Source of the DNA: Chthoniobacteraceae bacterium | GTDB taxonomy: Bacteria > Verrucomicrobiota > Verrucomicrobiia > Chthoniobacterales > Chthoniobacteraceae | Length of the DNA: 64,000 nucleotides | NCBI GenBank assembly: GCA_031409655.1 | Contig: JANNXQ010000029.1 | Coordinates: 1-64,000 of the forward strand | Reading direction: 5' to 3' | Part shown: positions 20,103 to 29,932 of the stretch, piece after piece | Layout: the number at the start of each line of letters is the position of its first letter | Position numbering within the stretch: position 1 is the first letter of the stretch | Notes under the pieces: model-generated | Told to the model about the DNA's origin: nothing | Databases searched by the model: none | What the model saw: the letters and a program-made list of their open reading frames with translations, nothing else | Made by a program: the position numbers and the translations under genes

Positions 20103-20864
20103 TCAACCACGCCGACGAGCGACCGCGTAAAGGTAGCCCCCGTGGGCGAAGTGCGCCGCGCCCGTGGTGAGCATCCGCGAGCTTGCCATCCCGACGACTT
20201 CGAAGCTTGCCTCGGCGAGTTCCTTTTCGAACTGCGGCTTCGTGAAAAAATAAACGTAGGGCTGCTTCTCGAAAGGGAAGCGCAGGTTCAATTTTCCGCT
20301 CATCTTCAAAAGCGGAAGGTAGTGGCGATCGAAGCGGCGTTCGCCTTTCAGCCACTTGAAGGGAGCGGACGCGGCGGCGAGCCAGGGATTGAGCGGGCGC
20401 CCTTCCCAACTCAAGACGCTGATCAGCAAGAGCCCGTCCGGCACCAGCACGCGATGGAGATGCCGCAGCGCCTGCACGCGCCGCGCGGAGGAATCCAGCA
20501 GACAGATCACTTGCTGGAGCGCGAGCACGACCTCGAAAGAATGGTCCGGCATTTTGAGTTCGACCACGTCCTGCACCTCGAAATGGAGGTTCGCGTTTTC
20601 GCGGGAAGCGCGCGCGCTGGCGGCCGCCACCATCCGTTCGCTGAGATCGATACCGGTCACGCGGTCGAAGCCCCGAGCCTTGACCTCGAAGGCCAGTCGG
20701 CCGCCGCCCGTGCCGACATCGAGCACGCGCGCCTCGCGGCTCGTCCCTGGGAAAAGGTGACGCCCGAGCAGGGCTTCCTCGTCTGGAGTGAGCCCCACGC
20801 TCTCGGACCAGGAACTGAAGTCCTGCTCGTTGTATAGCTTCTCCAGATTTTCGTTCGTGCTCAT
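20103..20864 (-). CDS. Class I SAM-dependent methyltransferase
   Basis: VLDVGTGGGR, GIDLSERMV, HRVLVPDG; start at ATG 20864. Confidence 0.85.
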   Translation of the reverse strand: MSTNENLEKLYNEQDFSSWSESVGLTPDEEALLGRHLFPGTSREARVLDVGTGGGRLAFEVKARGFDRVTGIDLSERMVAAASARASRENANLHFEVQDVVELKMPDHSFEVVLALQQVICLLDSSARRVQALRHLHRVLVPDGLLLISVLSWEGRPLNPWLAAASAPFKWLKGERRFDRHYLPLLKMSGKLNLRFPFEKQPYVYFFTKPQFEKELAEASFEVVGMASSRMLTTGAAHFAHGGYLYAVARRRG

Positions 20865-20958
20865 CGCTGAGAGGCATCTCACCATTGTGCAAGCACTTGG
20901 AGAAGAGCCGATTTGGCGCTCGCCTCGCTCCCACCTTCCGCCGACAAATCCGCCCGCC

Positions 20959-22866
20959 ATGAATCGCTTTCTCCCAGTCCTCGCGTGCGCTCTCTTTTCG
21001 CTCACATCCCTCTGCTCCGCACAGGCACCTGCGCATCTCAAGGTGGACGTCGATGCCACCGAGATCTCGCGCGCGCTGCTCCACTCGCGCATCGAGATCC
21101 CCGCCGCGCCCGGCGAACTCGTCGTCTGGTACCCGAAGTGGATCCCCGGTGTCCACGCGCCCGCCGGGCCGGTGCAGAATCTCGCAGGGCTGCGCTTTGA
21201 GACCGTGAAGGGTGAAGCGCTCGTTTGGCGCCGCGATGACGAGGAGATGAATCGCTTCCTCGTCACCGTCCCCGCCGGCGCGGATCGCGTGATCGCGAAG
21301 CTCGACTACATTTGCAATCAGCCGTCAGCGAATTCGAGCGGCGTGGACAGCTACGGCAATTCGCTCGTGGGCGTGATCAATTGGAACACGGTGCTGCTTT
21401 ATCCCGAGTCCGCGCTCATCGATTCGGCGACCGCGAGCGTGCGGCTGAAGCTGCCGACTGGATGGAAATATGGGACCGCACTGCGACGGGAAAAGGAAAC
21501 TCCGGACGGAGTGAGTTTCGCGGCCGGGACGCTGCGCCGCGTGGTCGATAGTCCTCTGATCTGTGGCGAAAACTTCCGGACGATCGACATCACCGGGAAA
21601 AATACCCCGCCGGTTTTCATCCATCTCGCGAGCGAGGCGGCGAGCGCTATCCAACTCGACGACAAGCTCATCGCGCAGTACCGCAAGCTCGTCGTGGAAG
21701 CCCTGGCGCTCTTCGGCGGGGCGCGCTTCGAGGAGTATCACTTCCTCGTCACCTGCAGCGATCGCCTGCCGGGCAATGGACTCGAGCATCTCGAGAGCAG
21801 CCTCAATGGCGTGGGCGAGCGCGAACTCGTCGAGGAGAAGAAGATGAAATCCTGGGCGATGTATCTGCTCCCGCATGAGTTCGTGCATTCGTGGTGTGGA
21901 AAATTTCGCCGGCCTGCTCCGATGCTCACGACGAGCTTTCACCGTCCGGAACGGACGCGTCTCCTGTGGGTCTATGAAGGGCTGACGCAGTATCTCGGCG
22001 AAGTCCTCGCGGTGCGCTCGGGCCTCATGCCTCTCGATCAGCACATCCCTGCCTTTGCCAATAAGCTCAGCCACCTGATGCAGACCGCCGGGCGCGCGTG
22101 GCGTCCGCTCGACGATACAGCGGTCGCGAGTTGGACCATCCGCGCGCATAGCCCGGCGTGGTCGCAGCTCCGGCGCGGGCAGGACTACTACGACGAAGGT
22201 CTCGTCGTCTGGCTCGAAGCCGACGCGCTCATTCGCGATAAGACCGGTGGCGCGAAGAGCCTCGACGACTTCTGCAAAAAGTTCTTCGCCGCGAATCGCG
22301 CGACCGATCCCGCCGTGAAGCCCTATGAACTCAAAGAGGTGATCGGCCTCCTCCAGGAGCTCGTTGCCGATGAAGATTGGGACAAATTTTTCGCCGAACG
22401 CATCATGCAACCGCGGCCCGCGTTGAGCCTGGAATTCCTCACCAGAACGCTCGGCTATCGCCTGCAATACACCGCCAAGCCGAGCGAGTATTTCACCGAA
22501 CGCGAGAAGGAGCGGAAGGGCGCGAACGTCACGGAGTCCATCGGCCTCAGCGCCGGCGATGATGGCAAAGTCGGCAGTGTGATTCCCGGCTCCGTGGCGG
22601 ACCAAGCCGGCCTCGCGAGTGGCATGTCCATCACCGGCGTGAATGGGCGCAAGTATTCCCCGCAGCGGCTCAAGGACGGCATCGCCGACAGCGTCACCGC
22701 GCGGAAGATCGACCTGCTGGTGCTCGACGGCGACACCTTCCGCAGCGTGACGCTGCCTTACGCCGATGGCCCGCGTTACCTCGAACTCACGCGCACGAAG
22801 GATCATCCCGACACGCTCGCGGCGATTCTTGCCCCAGTAACGAAAGATGACGCGGTGAAGAAATGA
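20959..22866 (+). CDS. M61 glycyl aminopeptidase with PDZ domain
   Basis: Signal peptide, PKWIPG, GLEHLES, HEFVHSW, LWVYEGLT.Y, PDZ (PGSVADQAGL). Confidence 0.9.
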   Translation: MNRFLPVLACALFSLTSLCSAQAPAHLKVDVDATEISRALLHSRIEIPAAPGELVVWYPKWIPGVHAPAGPVQNLAGLRFETVKGEALVWRRDDEEMNRFLVTVPAGADRVIAKLDYICNQPSANSSGVDSYGNSLVGVINWNTVLLYPESALIDSATASVRLKLPTGWKYGTALRREKETPDGVSFAAGTLRRVVDSPLICGENFRTIDITGKNTPPVFIHLASEAASAIQLDDKLIAQYRKLVVEALALFGGARFEEYHFLVTCSDRLPGNGLEHLESSLNGVGERELVEEKKMKSWAMYLLPHEFVHSWCGKFRRPAPMLTTSFHRPERTRLLWVYEGLTQYLGEVLAVRSGLMPLDQHIPAFANKLSHLMQTAGRAWRPLDDTAVASWTIRAHSPAWSQLRRGQDYYDEGLVVWLEADALIRDKTGGAKSLDDFCKKFFAANRATDPAVKPYELKEVIGLLQELVADEDWDKFFAERIMQPRPALSLEFLTRTLGYRLQYTAKPSEYFTEREKERKGANVTESIGLSAGDDGKVGSVIPGSVADQAGLASGMSITGVNGRKYSPQRLKDGIADSVTARKIDLLVLDGDTFRSVTLPYADGPRYLELTRTKDHPDTLAAILAPVTKDDAVKK

Positions 22867-22879
22867 CCGGTTGCTTCTC

Positions 22880-23893
22880 GTGAAACTCGCCGTCCTCAAT
22901 CCCGGCGGCAACGACCCGGAGCAGCACTTTCCGGAAGGCGCGGGTCTGCCGGATTCGACGACCCACGCGCCGGTGAATTATCACGGGTTTGCGGCCTGCA
23001 CGGGCGGGGCGTTTTTTCGGAAAGACCAGGCGATACCGGCGGAGATGAAGAGCGTGCTGGTGCTGCTGCGGCGCGATCTGAAAGCGTGCCGGCAGGCACT
23101 GATTGAGTTGAAGCGCGCGGGCAAGACGGTGGCGATCGCTTTTAAGGAAGCGGGCACGGGCCAGGTCGCGGAGCTGCTCGCAAAGCCCGCGCGACTCAGC
23201 CTATTCCACGAAATCTGCGCACGGGCCGATGGGGCCATCGCGACCACGCCCGATGCGGTGCCGCTCTTCCAGGCAGTCGGGGTGCGTGCGGTGGAATTCA
23301 TCCCGACGCCTTATCCCGTGGAGGACGTGCGTTGGGATTTTGCGGTCCCGATCGAGGAACGGCGCGGCATCTTTATCGGCACGCGCGAATTCGATGCGCC
23401 TGCGCGGAATCACCTCGCCGCGCTGCTCGGCATCAAGCTCCTGGCCGAGGCGATGCAGGAGCCGGTGACGGTCTTCAATGTCGATGGCTGGAGCGGGCGG
23501 CGAATGCTCGACCGGCTCAAGTACAGTGCAGGAATGCTGCGGGTCATCGAAGGTCGCATGCCCTACCCGCGCTTCCTGCGCACGGTCGCGCAGCACAAGC
23601 TGGTGCTCCAACTCGACATGAGCGCCGTGCCCGGCCAGGTCGCTGGCGACGCGCTGCTCTGTCGCATCCCGTGCGTCGGCGGCAATGGCACCACCGAGCG
23701 CCTTGCCTTTCCCGATTGGTGCGGCCACGGCCGCAGCGCCGAGCAGGTGCTCGATCTCGCGGCGCGCCTGCTGGAGCACCCGCACGATAGCGAGGCGGTG
23801 ATGGAGGAATCGCTGCGTCTCGCCAGGGAGCGGCTCGGCTTTCCGGTCGTCGCCCGCCGGGTCGAAGCGTTCTTTACCCAGCTCGCCCGCTGA
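22880..23893 (+). CDS. Hypothetical protein, possibly glycosyltransferase-like
   Basis: ~337-aa ORF directly after the peptidase; GQVAGDALLCRIPCVG resembles the GT-B C-terminal motif. Confidence 0.65.
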   Translation: MKLAVLNPGGNDPEQHFPEGAGLPDSTTHAPVNYHGFAACTGGAFFRKDQAIPAEMKSVLVLLRRDLKACRQALIELKRAGKTVAIAFKEAGTGQVAELLAKPARLSLFHEICARADGAIATTPDAVPLFQAVGVRAVEFIPTPYPVEDVRWDFAVPIEERRGIFIGTREFDAPARNHLAALLGIKLLAEAMQEPVTVFNVDGWSGRRMLDRLKYSAGMLRVIEGRMPYPRFLRTVAQHKLVLQLDMSAVPGQVAGDALLCRIPCVGGNGTTERLAFPDWCGHGRSAEQVLDLAARLLEHPHDSEAVMEESLRLARERLGFPVVARRVEAFFTQLAR

Positions 23894-23950
23894 CGTATCC
23901 GCCCCAGAATCGCCTTTGCGCCGATTGCCGCACGGAGATACCTTGCGCCC

Positions 23951-24151
23951 ATGAGCCTCGCTGAACTCAAAGAAGAAGTGCTGAAACTTTCCCCGGAGGA
24001 GAAGGCGGAACTCGCTGCCGTCCTGCACGGTTGGGTGGACGACGAGTGGGACAAACAGATGAAGGCGGATGCCGCGGCGGGTCGCCTCGATTTTCTGCTC
24101 GCGGAAGTCGATGCCGATATCGCGGCAGGGCGCGTGCGCGAGATTCCGTGA
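23951..24151 (+). CDS. Putative antitoxin
   Basis: Acidic 66 aa with WDKQMKADAAAGRLD; GTGA overlap with the toxin gene. Confidence 0.75.
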   Translation: MSLAELKEEVLKLSPEEKAELAAVLHGWVDDEWDKQMKADAAAGRLDFLLAEVDADIAAGRVREIP

Positions 24152-24405
24152 AGTCCTTCACGACGTCTCGGTTCTGGCGGTGTTACGAGTCTCTTCCGAC
24201 TAGAATCCAGCGTCTTGCGGATAAGAACTACCGGCTTTTTGAGGCTGATCCCTGGCATTCTTCGCTTTGGTTCAAACCACTCACCGGCGACCTCTGGCCG
24301 GTACGCGTCGGCCGGGATTTCCGCGCATTGGGTCGCCGGAACGGCGAAATCATCCGTTGGTTCTGGATTGGCACGCACCAGGAGTATGACCAATTGCTCC
24401 GCTAG
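24148..24405 (+). CDS. RelE/ParE-like toxin
   Basis: GTG start; FWRCYESLP..IQ.LADKNY.LF..DP.H.SL.FK, VRVG..FRALG, WFWIGTH.EYD. Confidence 0.8.
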   Translation: MKSFTTSRFWRCYESLPTRIQRLADKNYRLFEADPWHSSLWFKPLTGDLWPVRVGRDFRALGRRNGEIIRWFWIGTHQEYDQLLR

Positions 24406-24410
24406 CTTTC

Positions 24411-26402
24411 ATGATCTCGCTTGCCGAAGGAACCGGTGAATCCGGCAACTCATTCACCGAGCGCATCCGCGGGATTTTTTCCGCGGATGGTTTGCTCGCG
24501 TCGGCGCAGAATTTTGAATATCGCGCGGAGCAGCAGGAGATGGCGGTGGCGGTGGCGCGGGCGCTGAGCGAGCAGCGGCATCTGGTGGTGGAAGCGGGGA
24601 CGGGCGTGGGGAAATCGCTCGCCTATCTGGTCCCGGCGATCCTCTGGGCGCATGAGCAGAAGAAGAAGGCGGTGGTCTCGACTTACACGATCAATCTCCA
24701 GGAGCAGCTCGTGTACAAAGACATCCCGATCTTGCAGAAGATCCTGCCGATCGAGTTTGAGGCGATGCTCTGGAAGGGGCGCGCGAACTACGTCTGCCCG
24801 CATCGGCTCCAGCGTGCGATGGATCACGCGGGTGAGCTTTTCACCTCGCCGGAACTCGCGGAACTCCAGCGCATCTGGGAGTGGGCGCAGACGACGCAGG
24901 ATGGCTCGCGCTCGGACTTCTCCGTGGAACCGGACGCGCATGTCTGGTCGCTGGTCTGCAGCGAGGCGCACATCTGCACGCCGAAGACTTGCGGGGAAAA
25001 TCCGCGCTGCCACTACCAGTCCGCGCGCAAGCGGCTGCTCCAGGCCGACGTGGTGGTGATGAATCATACGCTCTTCTTCCTCTCGCTCGGCGGGGTGGGG
25101 GAGACGGAGGAAAACTCGAGCGGCTATCTCTTTGCCAATGACTTCGTGATCTTCGACGAGGCGCACACCGTGGAGGGCGCGGCGTCGCGGCAGATCGGCC
25201 TCGCGCTCTCGCAATACGGTCTGCGCTATGCGCTCCAGCGGCTCTACAATCCGAAGACCAAGAAGGGGCTCTTCCAAGTGCATCGGCGGCCCGATGGCGT
25301 GCGCGAGACGGCGGAACTGCTCGACGAGGTGGACACGTTTTTCGGGAAAGTGGGGACGCGCGCGGACTTTAAAAAGGGGCGCGAGTATCGGGTGCGGCAG
25401 CCGGACTTCGTGGAGGACTCCCTGACGGCGCCGCTCGCGAAATTGCAGACGCTCGTCATCGAGACGCTGCGCGGGATCGAAGACCCGACGGCCAAAGCCG
25501 AACTGCAGGACGTCGGCCGGAAAGTGCGCGACGCCCGCAGCGCCGTGGCCACCTTTCTCAAGCAGGACGCCGAGGACCACGTCTATTGGGTCGAGCGGAC
25601 GGGCAAGACCCAGGAGCACCACGCGCTGCACGCGGCGCCGATCGACATCGCCGCGCACCTCCGCGCGCTGCTCTTCCGGGAAAATCACTGCTGCGTGATG
25701 ACCAGCGCCACCCTCGGCGTCGGCAGCGATAATCTGGGCTACTTCCGGCGGCGCGTGGGCGCGGATGAGGTCGAGGCGCGGCAGATCGGCAGCCCTTTCG
25801 ACTACCAACGCCAGATGCGGCTCTACATCACCCGCAAGATGCCGGACCCGCGCGACGCTGGCTATGAGGCAGCACTGGCGGAGCGCATCGAGCACTTCGT
25901 CCAGAAGACCAGCGGGCGCGCTTTCGTGCTCTTCACTTCCTATAAAACGATGAGCGCCATCGCCTCCGCGATGCGCGAGCGACTGGACGACCTCGACTAT
26001 AAACTGCTCGTCCAGGGCGAGGGCCTGCCGCGGCATCGGCTGCTTGCCGAGTTCAAGCGCAACGACCGCCACGTCCTTTTCGGCACCGAGAGCTTCTGGA
26101 GCGGGGTGGACGTGCCCGGCGAGGCGCTCTCGAATGTCATGATCACGCGGCTGCCCTTTGCCGTGCCCGATCACCCGCTCATCGAAGCGCGCCTCGAGCA
26201 CATCGAGCGCGACGGCGGCGACCCCTTCTCCGAATACTCCCTGCCCGAGGCGATCCTAAAACTCCGGCAAGGCGTGGGCCGACTCATCCGCACGAAAGCG
26301 GACACCGGCATCGTCGTCATCCTCGATCCGCGCGTGCTCACGAAGAGCTACGGCCAGGCCTTCCTCCGCGCCTTGCCAGAGTGCCCCGTGGAAGTGGTGT
26401 GA
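24411..26402 (+). CDS. DinG/YoaA-family ATP-dependent DNA helicase
   Basis: EAGTGVGKS, Fe-S cysteines, DEAH, TSATL, LFTSY, GVDVPG, QGVGRLIR. Confidence 0.93.
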   Translation: MISLAEGTGESGNSFTERIRGIFSADGLLASAQNFEYRAEQQEMAVAVARALSEQRHLVVEAGTGVGKSLAYLVPAILWAHEQKKKAVVSTYTINLQEQLVYKDIPILQKILPIEFEAMLWKGRANYVCPHRLQRAMDHAGELFTSPELAELQRIWEWAQTTQDGSRSDFSVEPDAHVWSLVCSEAHICTPKTCGENPRCHYQSARKRLLQADVVVMNHTLFFLSLGGVGETEENSSGYLFANDFVIFDEAHTVEGAASRQIGLALSQYGLRYALQRLYNPKTKKGLFQVHRRPDGVRETAELLDEVDTFFGKVGTRADFKKGREYRVRQPDFVEDSLTAPLAKLQTLVIETLRGIEDPTAKAELQDVGRKVRDARSAVATFLKQDAEDHVYWVERTGKTQEHHALHAAPIDIAAHLRALLFRENHCCVMTSATLGVGSDNLGYFRRRVGADEVEARQIGSPFDYQRQMRLYITRKMPDPRDAGYEAALAERIEHFVQKTSGRAFVLFTSYKTMSAIASAMRERLDDLDYKLLVQGEGLPRHRLLAEFKRNDRHVLFGTESFWSGVDVPGEALSNVMITRLPFAVPDHPLIEARLEHIERDGGDPFSEYSLPEAILKLRQGVGRLIRTKADTGIVVILDPRVLTKSYGQAFLRALPECPVEVV

Positions 26403-26475
26403 GCGACGGCGGCCACTGGTAGCAGGGCCAGCGTGCCACCAGTTTACACCATCTCGTGAAATAAAACGGACCCTT

Positions 26476-26549
26476 CCTCGTCCTCGTCCTCCTACTCCTA
26501 CTCGAAACGCGCCGAGTAGGAGTAGGGGTAGGAGGACGAGGAGGAGGAG
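26476..26549. repeat. Hairpin of TCGTCC/TACTCC hexamer repeats
   Basis: cctcgtcctcgtcctcctactcctactcg ... cgagtaggagtaggggtaggaggacgaggaggagg. Confidence 0.75.
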
Positions 26550-26580
26550 AACAGTCCGATTGTTTTCGGGATATGGTATT

Positions 26581-26709
26581 AGAGCGAAATCGAGGCGGCG
26601 GATGGGTTCAGCCGATGGGTGAGCGTCCTGGGAAGCGCGTTTGTTCCCTTCCTCTGCGATCTCTGCGCCTCGGCGTCTCGGCGTTTTAAATCCCAGGACC
26701 GGATTTAGG
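26581..26709 (-). repeat. Partial ACGCAGAG-family repeat
   Basis: Reverse complement cctaaatccgg..gggatttaaaacgccgagacgccgaggcgcagagatcgcagaggaagggaacaaacgc matches the copy at 63632. Confidence 0.85.
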
Positions 26710-26832
26710 TCTATGCGCGCCAGCAGCACGTCTCGATCGGACGCTGTGTGGAAGACCTCGAGACTATCGCCCTCGCGTCCACGTCCGACGAAGCAACCGG
26801 GCAGATATCTATCTCCCGCTCTGATCTGCCGC

Positions 26833-27297
26833 GTGACCCTGGCCGGCGGCACCAACGCCTTCACGGGCAATGTGACCGAAGGCTCCTCCCCCGGCACCGG
26901 CGCGCTCACGCTCACGGCGAATTCCATCATCGACTTCAACCTCCTCGGCAACGAGATCATCAACTTCGGCCCCAGCCACCTCGCCTCCTGGAATCCCGGC
27001 GGCCCCCTCCCTATACTGAGCATCTACAACTGGGGCGGCTCCACGCTTGGCGGCGGCAACGACCGCCTGATCTTCGGCAGCAACAGCACCGCGCTGACTT
27101 CCGGCCAGCTCGCCCAAATCAGCTTCTACAGGGGAGCAGGCACCGGCTTCCTCGGCGCAGGCACCTTCGTCGGCTCGCTCGGCGAAGTGGTCCCCGTGCC
27201 CGAGCCCTCGAGCGTCTTCATCGGCCTCGCCCTATGCGCCCTCGCCGGCTGGCGCGAGCGGCGCCGCGAACAGCGCGCGCGACGAGCCACTCGCTGA
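26833..27297 (+). pseudogene. 5'-truncated PEP-CTERM autotransporter-passenger-like protein
   Basis: GALTLTANSIIDF...LSIYNW.G...GGG.DRLIFG...VPVPEPSS plus TM plus RERRR; no signal peptide or credible start. Confidence 0.7.
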
Positions 27298-27352
27298 CGG
27301 CGGGCGCGCTGGCTCACTTGCTTTTGCCGCGGTCGCGACGAATCATAGCGCC

Positions 27353-27592
27353 ATGTCCACAAACCCCTTGCTTGCACGCATCACCGTCGATCCAGAGGTT
27401 TGTCATGGCAAGCCGTGCATCCGCGGGCTGCGCTATCCGGTCGAGTCGATGCTCGAATATCTCTCCGGCGGCGACAGCGTGGAGGACGTGCTCGCCGAGT
27501 TTCCCGATCTCGAGCGCGACGACTTGCTGGCCTGCATCGAGTTTGCGCGCCAGGCGCTCGCCGCGCGCAGCCAGCATCTCGTGCTGACGTGA
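27353..27592 (+). CDS. DUF433 antitoxin
   Basis: RITVDPEVCHGKPCIRGLR.PV...EDVLAEFPDL. Confidence 0.92.
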   Translation: MSTNPLLARITVDPEVCHGKPCIRGLRYPVESMLEYLSGGDSVEDVLAEFPDLERDDLLACIEFARQALAARSQHLVLT

Positions 27593-27942
27593 ATTTCCTC
27601 GTGGACGCGCATCTGCCGCGTTCCCTGTGCGCGCTCCTCGCTCAGCATGGACACGACGCCAATCACACGTTCACTCTGCCCGCGCAGAACGCGACGAAGG
27701 ACGGCGTAATCAACCAGATTTCCTTCGCGGAGCAGCGCGTGGTGGTGTCCAAAGACACGGACTTCTTCTATTCCCACCTGCTGCACGGCCGGCCGTGGAA
27801 GCTGCTGCTCGTGCGCACCGGAAACATCGGCGCCCGGGACTTGCGGATGCTCATCGAGCGCAATCTGTCCGAGATTGTCGCGGCTCTGCAATCGCACTCG
27901 CTGGTGGAGATCGACCGTCAGACCGTGACTCCGGTGGCATAA
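27589..27942 (+). CDS. DUF5615 PIN-like toxin
   Basis: GTG start overlapping the antitoxin stop; FLVDAHLP, D..I, RVVVSKDTDF, RTGN. Confidence 0.88.
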   Translation: MNFLVDAHLPRSLCALLAQHGHDANHTFTLPAQNATKDGVINQISFAEQRVVVSKDTDFFYSHLLHGRPWKLLLVRTGNIGARDLRMLIERNLSEIVAALQSHSLVEIDRQTVTPVA

Positions 27943-27949
27943 GGCCGCC

Positions 27950-28567
27950 GGTCGTGAACCATGGCGGAGGTGCCACGGGCGTGACCAAGGCTGGAACCGG
28001 CGCGCTCCTTTTCGCCGGGAGCAGCACCTTCACCAGCGCAACGACCATCAACGGCGGCACTCTGCTGCTAAGCAGCACGGGCGATCGGATCAACGACAGC
28101 ACCACGACCTTCACCTCGCCGGCGGAAAAATCGACGCCGCCGGCTTGAGCGAAACCTTCGGCGCGCTGACCCTGACCGGGAACTCGATCATCGACTTCGG
28201 AGCCGGCGCCTCGATTCTTTCCTTTGCCGATAGCACGGGTCTGTGGGGAAATTTTCGCCTCGACCTCTGGAACTGGACCGGCACGACCGACACGGGCGGC
28301 GGCGCCGATCAACTGCGCTTTGCCGGCAACGGAATCAATGCATCCCAGTTGGGCAATCTCCACTTTTACTCGAACGCCGGGGTGACCGGGATTTCCTTCA
28401 CGGGCTCCTTCCTGAGCAATGGGTTCGTCGGCTCGCTCGGCGAAGTGGTCCCCGTGCCCGAGTCCTCGAGCGTCTTCATCGGTCTCGGGCTGTGCGGCCT
28501 TGCCGCCTGGCGCGAGGGACGGCGGACGCGGTGTGGAACGAGTCGGCATCGGTTGACGGGACGCTGA
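27950..28567 (+). pseudogene. Truncated, frameshifted PEP-CTERM passenger-repeat protein
   Basis: VTKAGTGALLFAGSSTFTSATTINGGTL repeat, frameshift near 28120, then GALTLTGNSIIDF...VPVPESSS plus TM. Confidence 0.72.
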
Positions 28568-28785
28568 GCAGCCATTCGGCGACCGACCTTCAGTTCGCCC
28601 GTCGGGAGAAGCCCGGCAGGCAACCCACTATCTGTAGTGGTCGCTCACCTCGAATGGACGGGCCAGCTAGCGCTTCCTGCCTGCGCGCAACCCGAAAAAA
28701 TTCCTTTTCACGGCTGGCGCCGGGTGGTAAGCGCCAAATTGCCATTCGTGGCAAAACCCTGAAACCAACCAAGAAAGAACCAATA

Positions 28786-29676
28786 ATGATCAAACATACC
28801 ATCGCCACCCTCCCCGTGGCCCTGGCGTTCCTGGCGCTCCCCGGCGTCAGCTTCGCCGGCACTGGCGCCCCCGCCAAAGAAGCAAAAACCGTGATCGAAA
28901 AGGCCCACGAGAGCTGCATCTCGGGGGACATCGGCATCGACATGGTCTCGCAGTACATCGCCCGTGGTATTCCCCTCGAAGACCAAGGCGCGATCCTCCA
29001 GCCCTACATCGACCTCTCCTTCAAAGTGTATGAAGGCGACGGCTTCGTCACCAAGGTGAGCGTGGATCTCGCGTTCTGGAATTCCTTCCACTCGCGCGGC
29101 ACCCGCGCCACCGCCGGCAGCACCACGCAGAAGTGGTTTGAGGCCGACTTCGTCGCAGGTCTCTCCGTATTCCTCGGGAAGAACCTCGCGGTCAGCCCTT
29201 ACTACCACGCCTACCTGAGCCCAAACGACGCCTTCGCCAACGCGCATGACGTCGGCATTCGCCTCGCCTACAACGACGCGGACCTCCTCGGACCGCTCTC
29301 GCTGAAGCCCTACGTGCTCGTGCAGTGGGACGTCGAAGGCACCTCCGGCAACGGCGGTGACGAAGGCGTGTACTATGAGATCGGCATCAGCCCTGGGTTC
29401 CAGGCCGGACCGCTGGCGATTACCTTCCCGATCAAGGCCGGCTTCGGCTCGGATGGCTACTACGCGGGCGACGAGAGCTTCGGCTTCGTCTCCGGCGGCG
29501 TGAATGTCGAGTATCCCCTCGCCTTCATGCCTGAGTGCCTCGGCTCGTGGAGCGTCCGCGGCTACGGCACCTACTACTACCTCGGCGAAGGCACCGAGGA
29601 CTCCAGCGTCCCTGATGTCCGCGAAAGCGACAACAGCGAGTGGGTCTTCGGTGGCGGTCTCCGCGTCGCGTTCTAA
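28786..29676 (+). CDS. Putative outer-membrane beta-barrel protein, paralogue 1
   Basis: Signal peptide, amphipathic strands, SQY..RG motif, C-terminal RVAF. Confidence 0.8.
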   Translation: MIKHTIATLPVALAFLALPGVSFAGTGAPAKEAKTVIEKAHESCISGDIGIDMVSQYIARGIPLEDQGAILQPYIDLSFKVYEGDGFVTKVSVDLAFWNSFHSRGTRATAGSTTQKWFEADFVAGLSVFLGKNLAVSPYYHAYLSPNDAFANAHDVGIRLAYNDADLLGPLSLKPYVLVQWDVEGTSGNGGDEGVYYEIGISPGFQAGPLAITFPIKAGFGSDGYYAGDESFGFVSGGVNVEYPLAFMPECLGSWSVRGYGTYYYLGEGTEDSSVPDVRESDNSEWVFGGGLRVAF

Positions 29677-29697
29677 GTAACGACGACAGTCCCTTAG

Positions 29698-29732
29698 AAA
29701 AGCTCCCTCGGGTTCGCCCGGGGGAGCTTTTT
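29698..29732 (+). terminator. Rho-independent terminator
   Basis: aaaagctccc...gggagcttttt hairpin with T-tract. Confidence 0.8.
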
Positions 29733-29761
29733 CTTTGCCGGTAAATCCGTCCTCCGATACG

Positions 29762-29777
29762 TGGCCCCGGTCTTGCT
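29762..29777 (+). promoter_or_regulatory. Putative sigma54 -24/-12 promoter
   Basis: TGGCCC-CGGTC-TTGCT, canonical GG-N10-GC spacing. Confidence 0.5.
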
Positions 29778-29932
29778 CCTACAGCTCACCGAGAAGTGGG
29801 AGAAGGCGCCAGTTCACGCTGGTTCCCTGCAACCGCCTCTCAACAAATCCATTGCGCCCCTCACGGACGCTTGGTAAAGCCGCAATTGCCGACCCCGGCA
29901 AGAAACCAACCTAAAAAGCAAATACCCTGACC

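Noticed and set aside
16614..26201. Long antisense ORFs over carB, the M61 peptidase and dinG (also over urtB and ureC)
   Set aside because: Expected shadows of high-GC coding strands; no independent motifs
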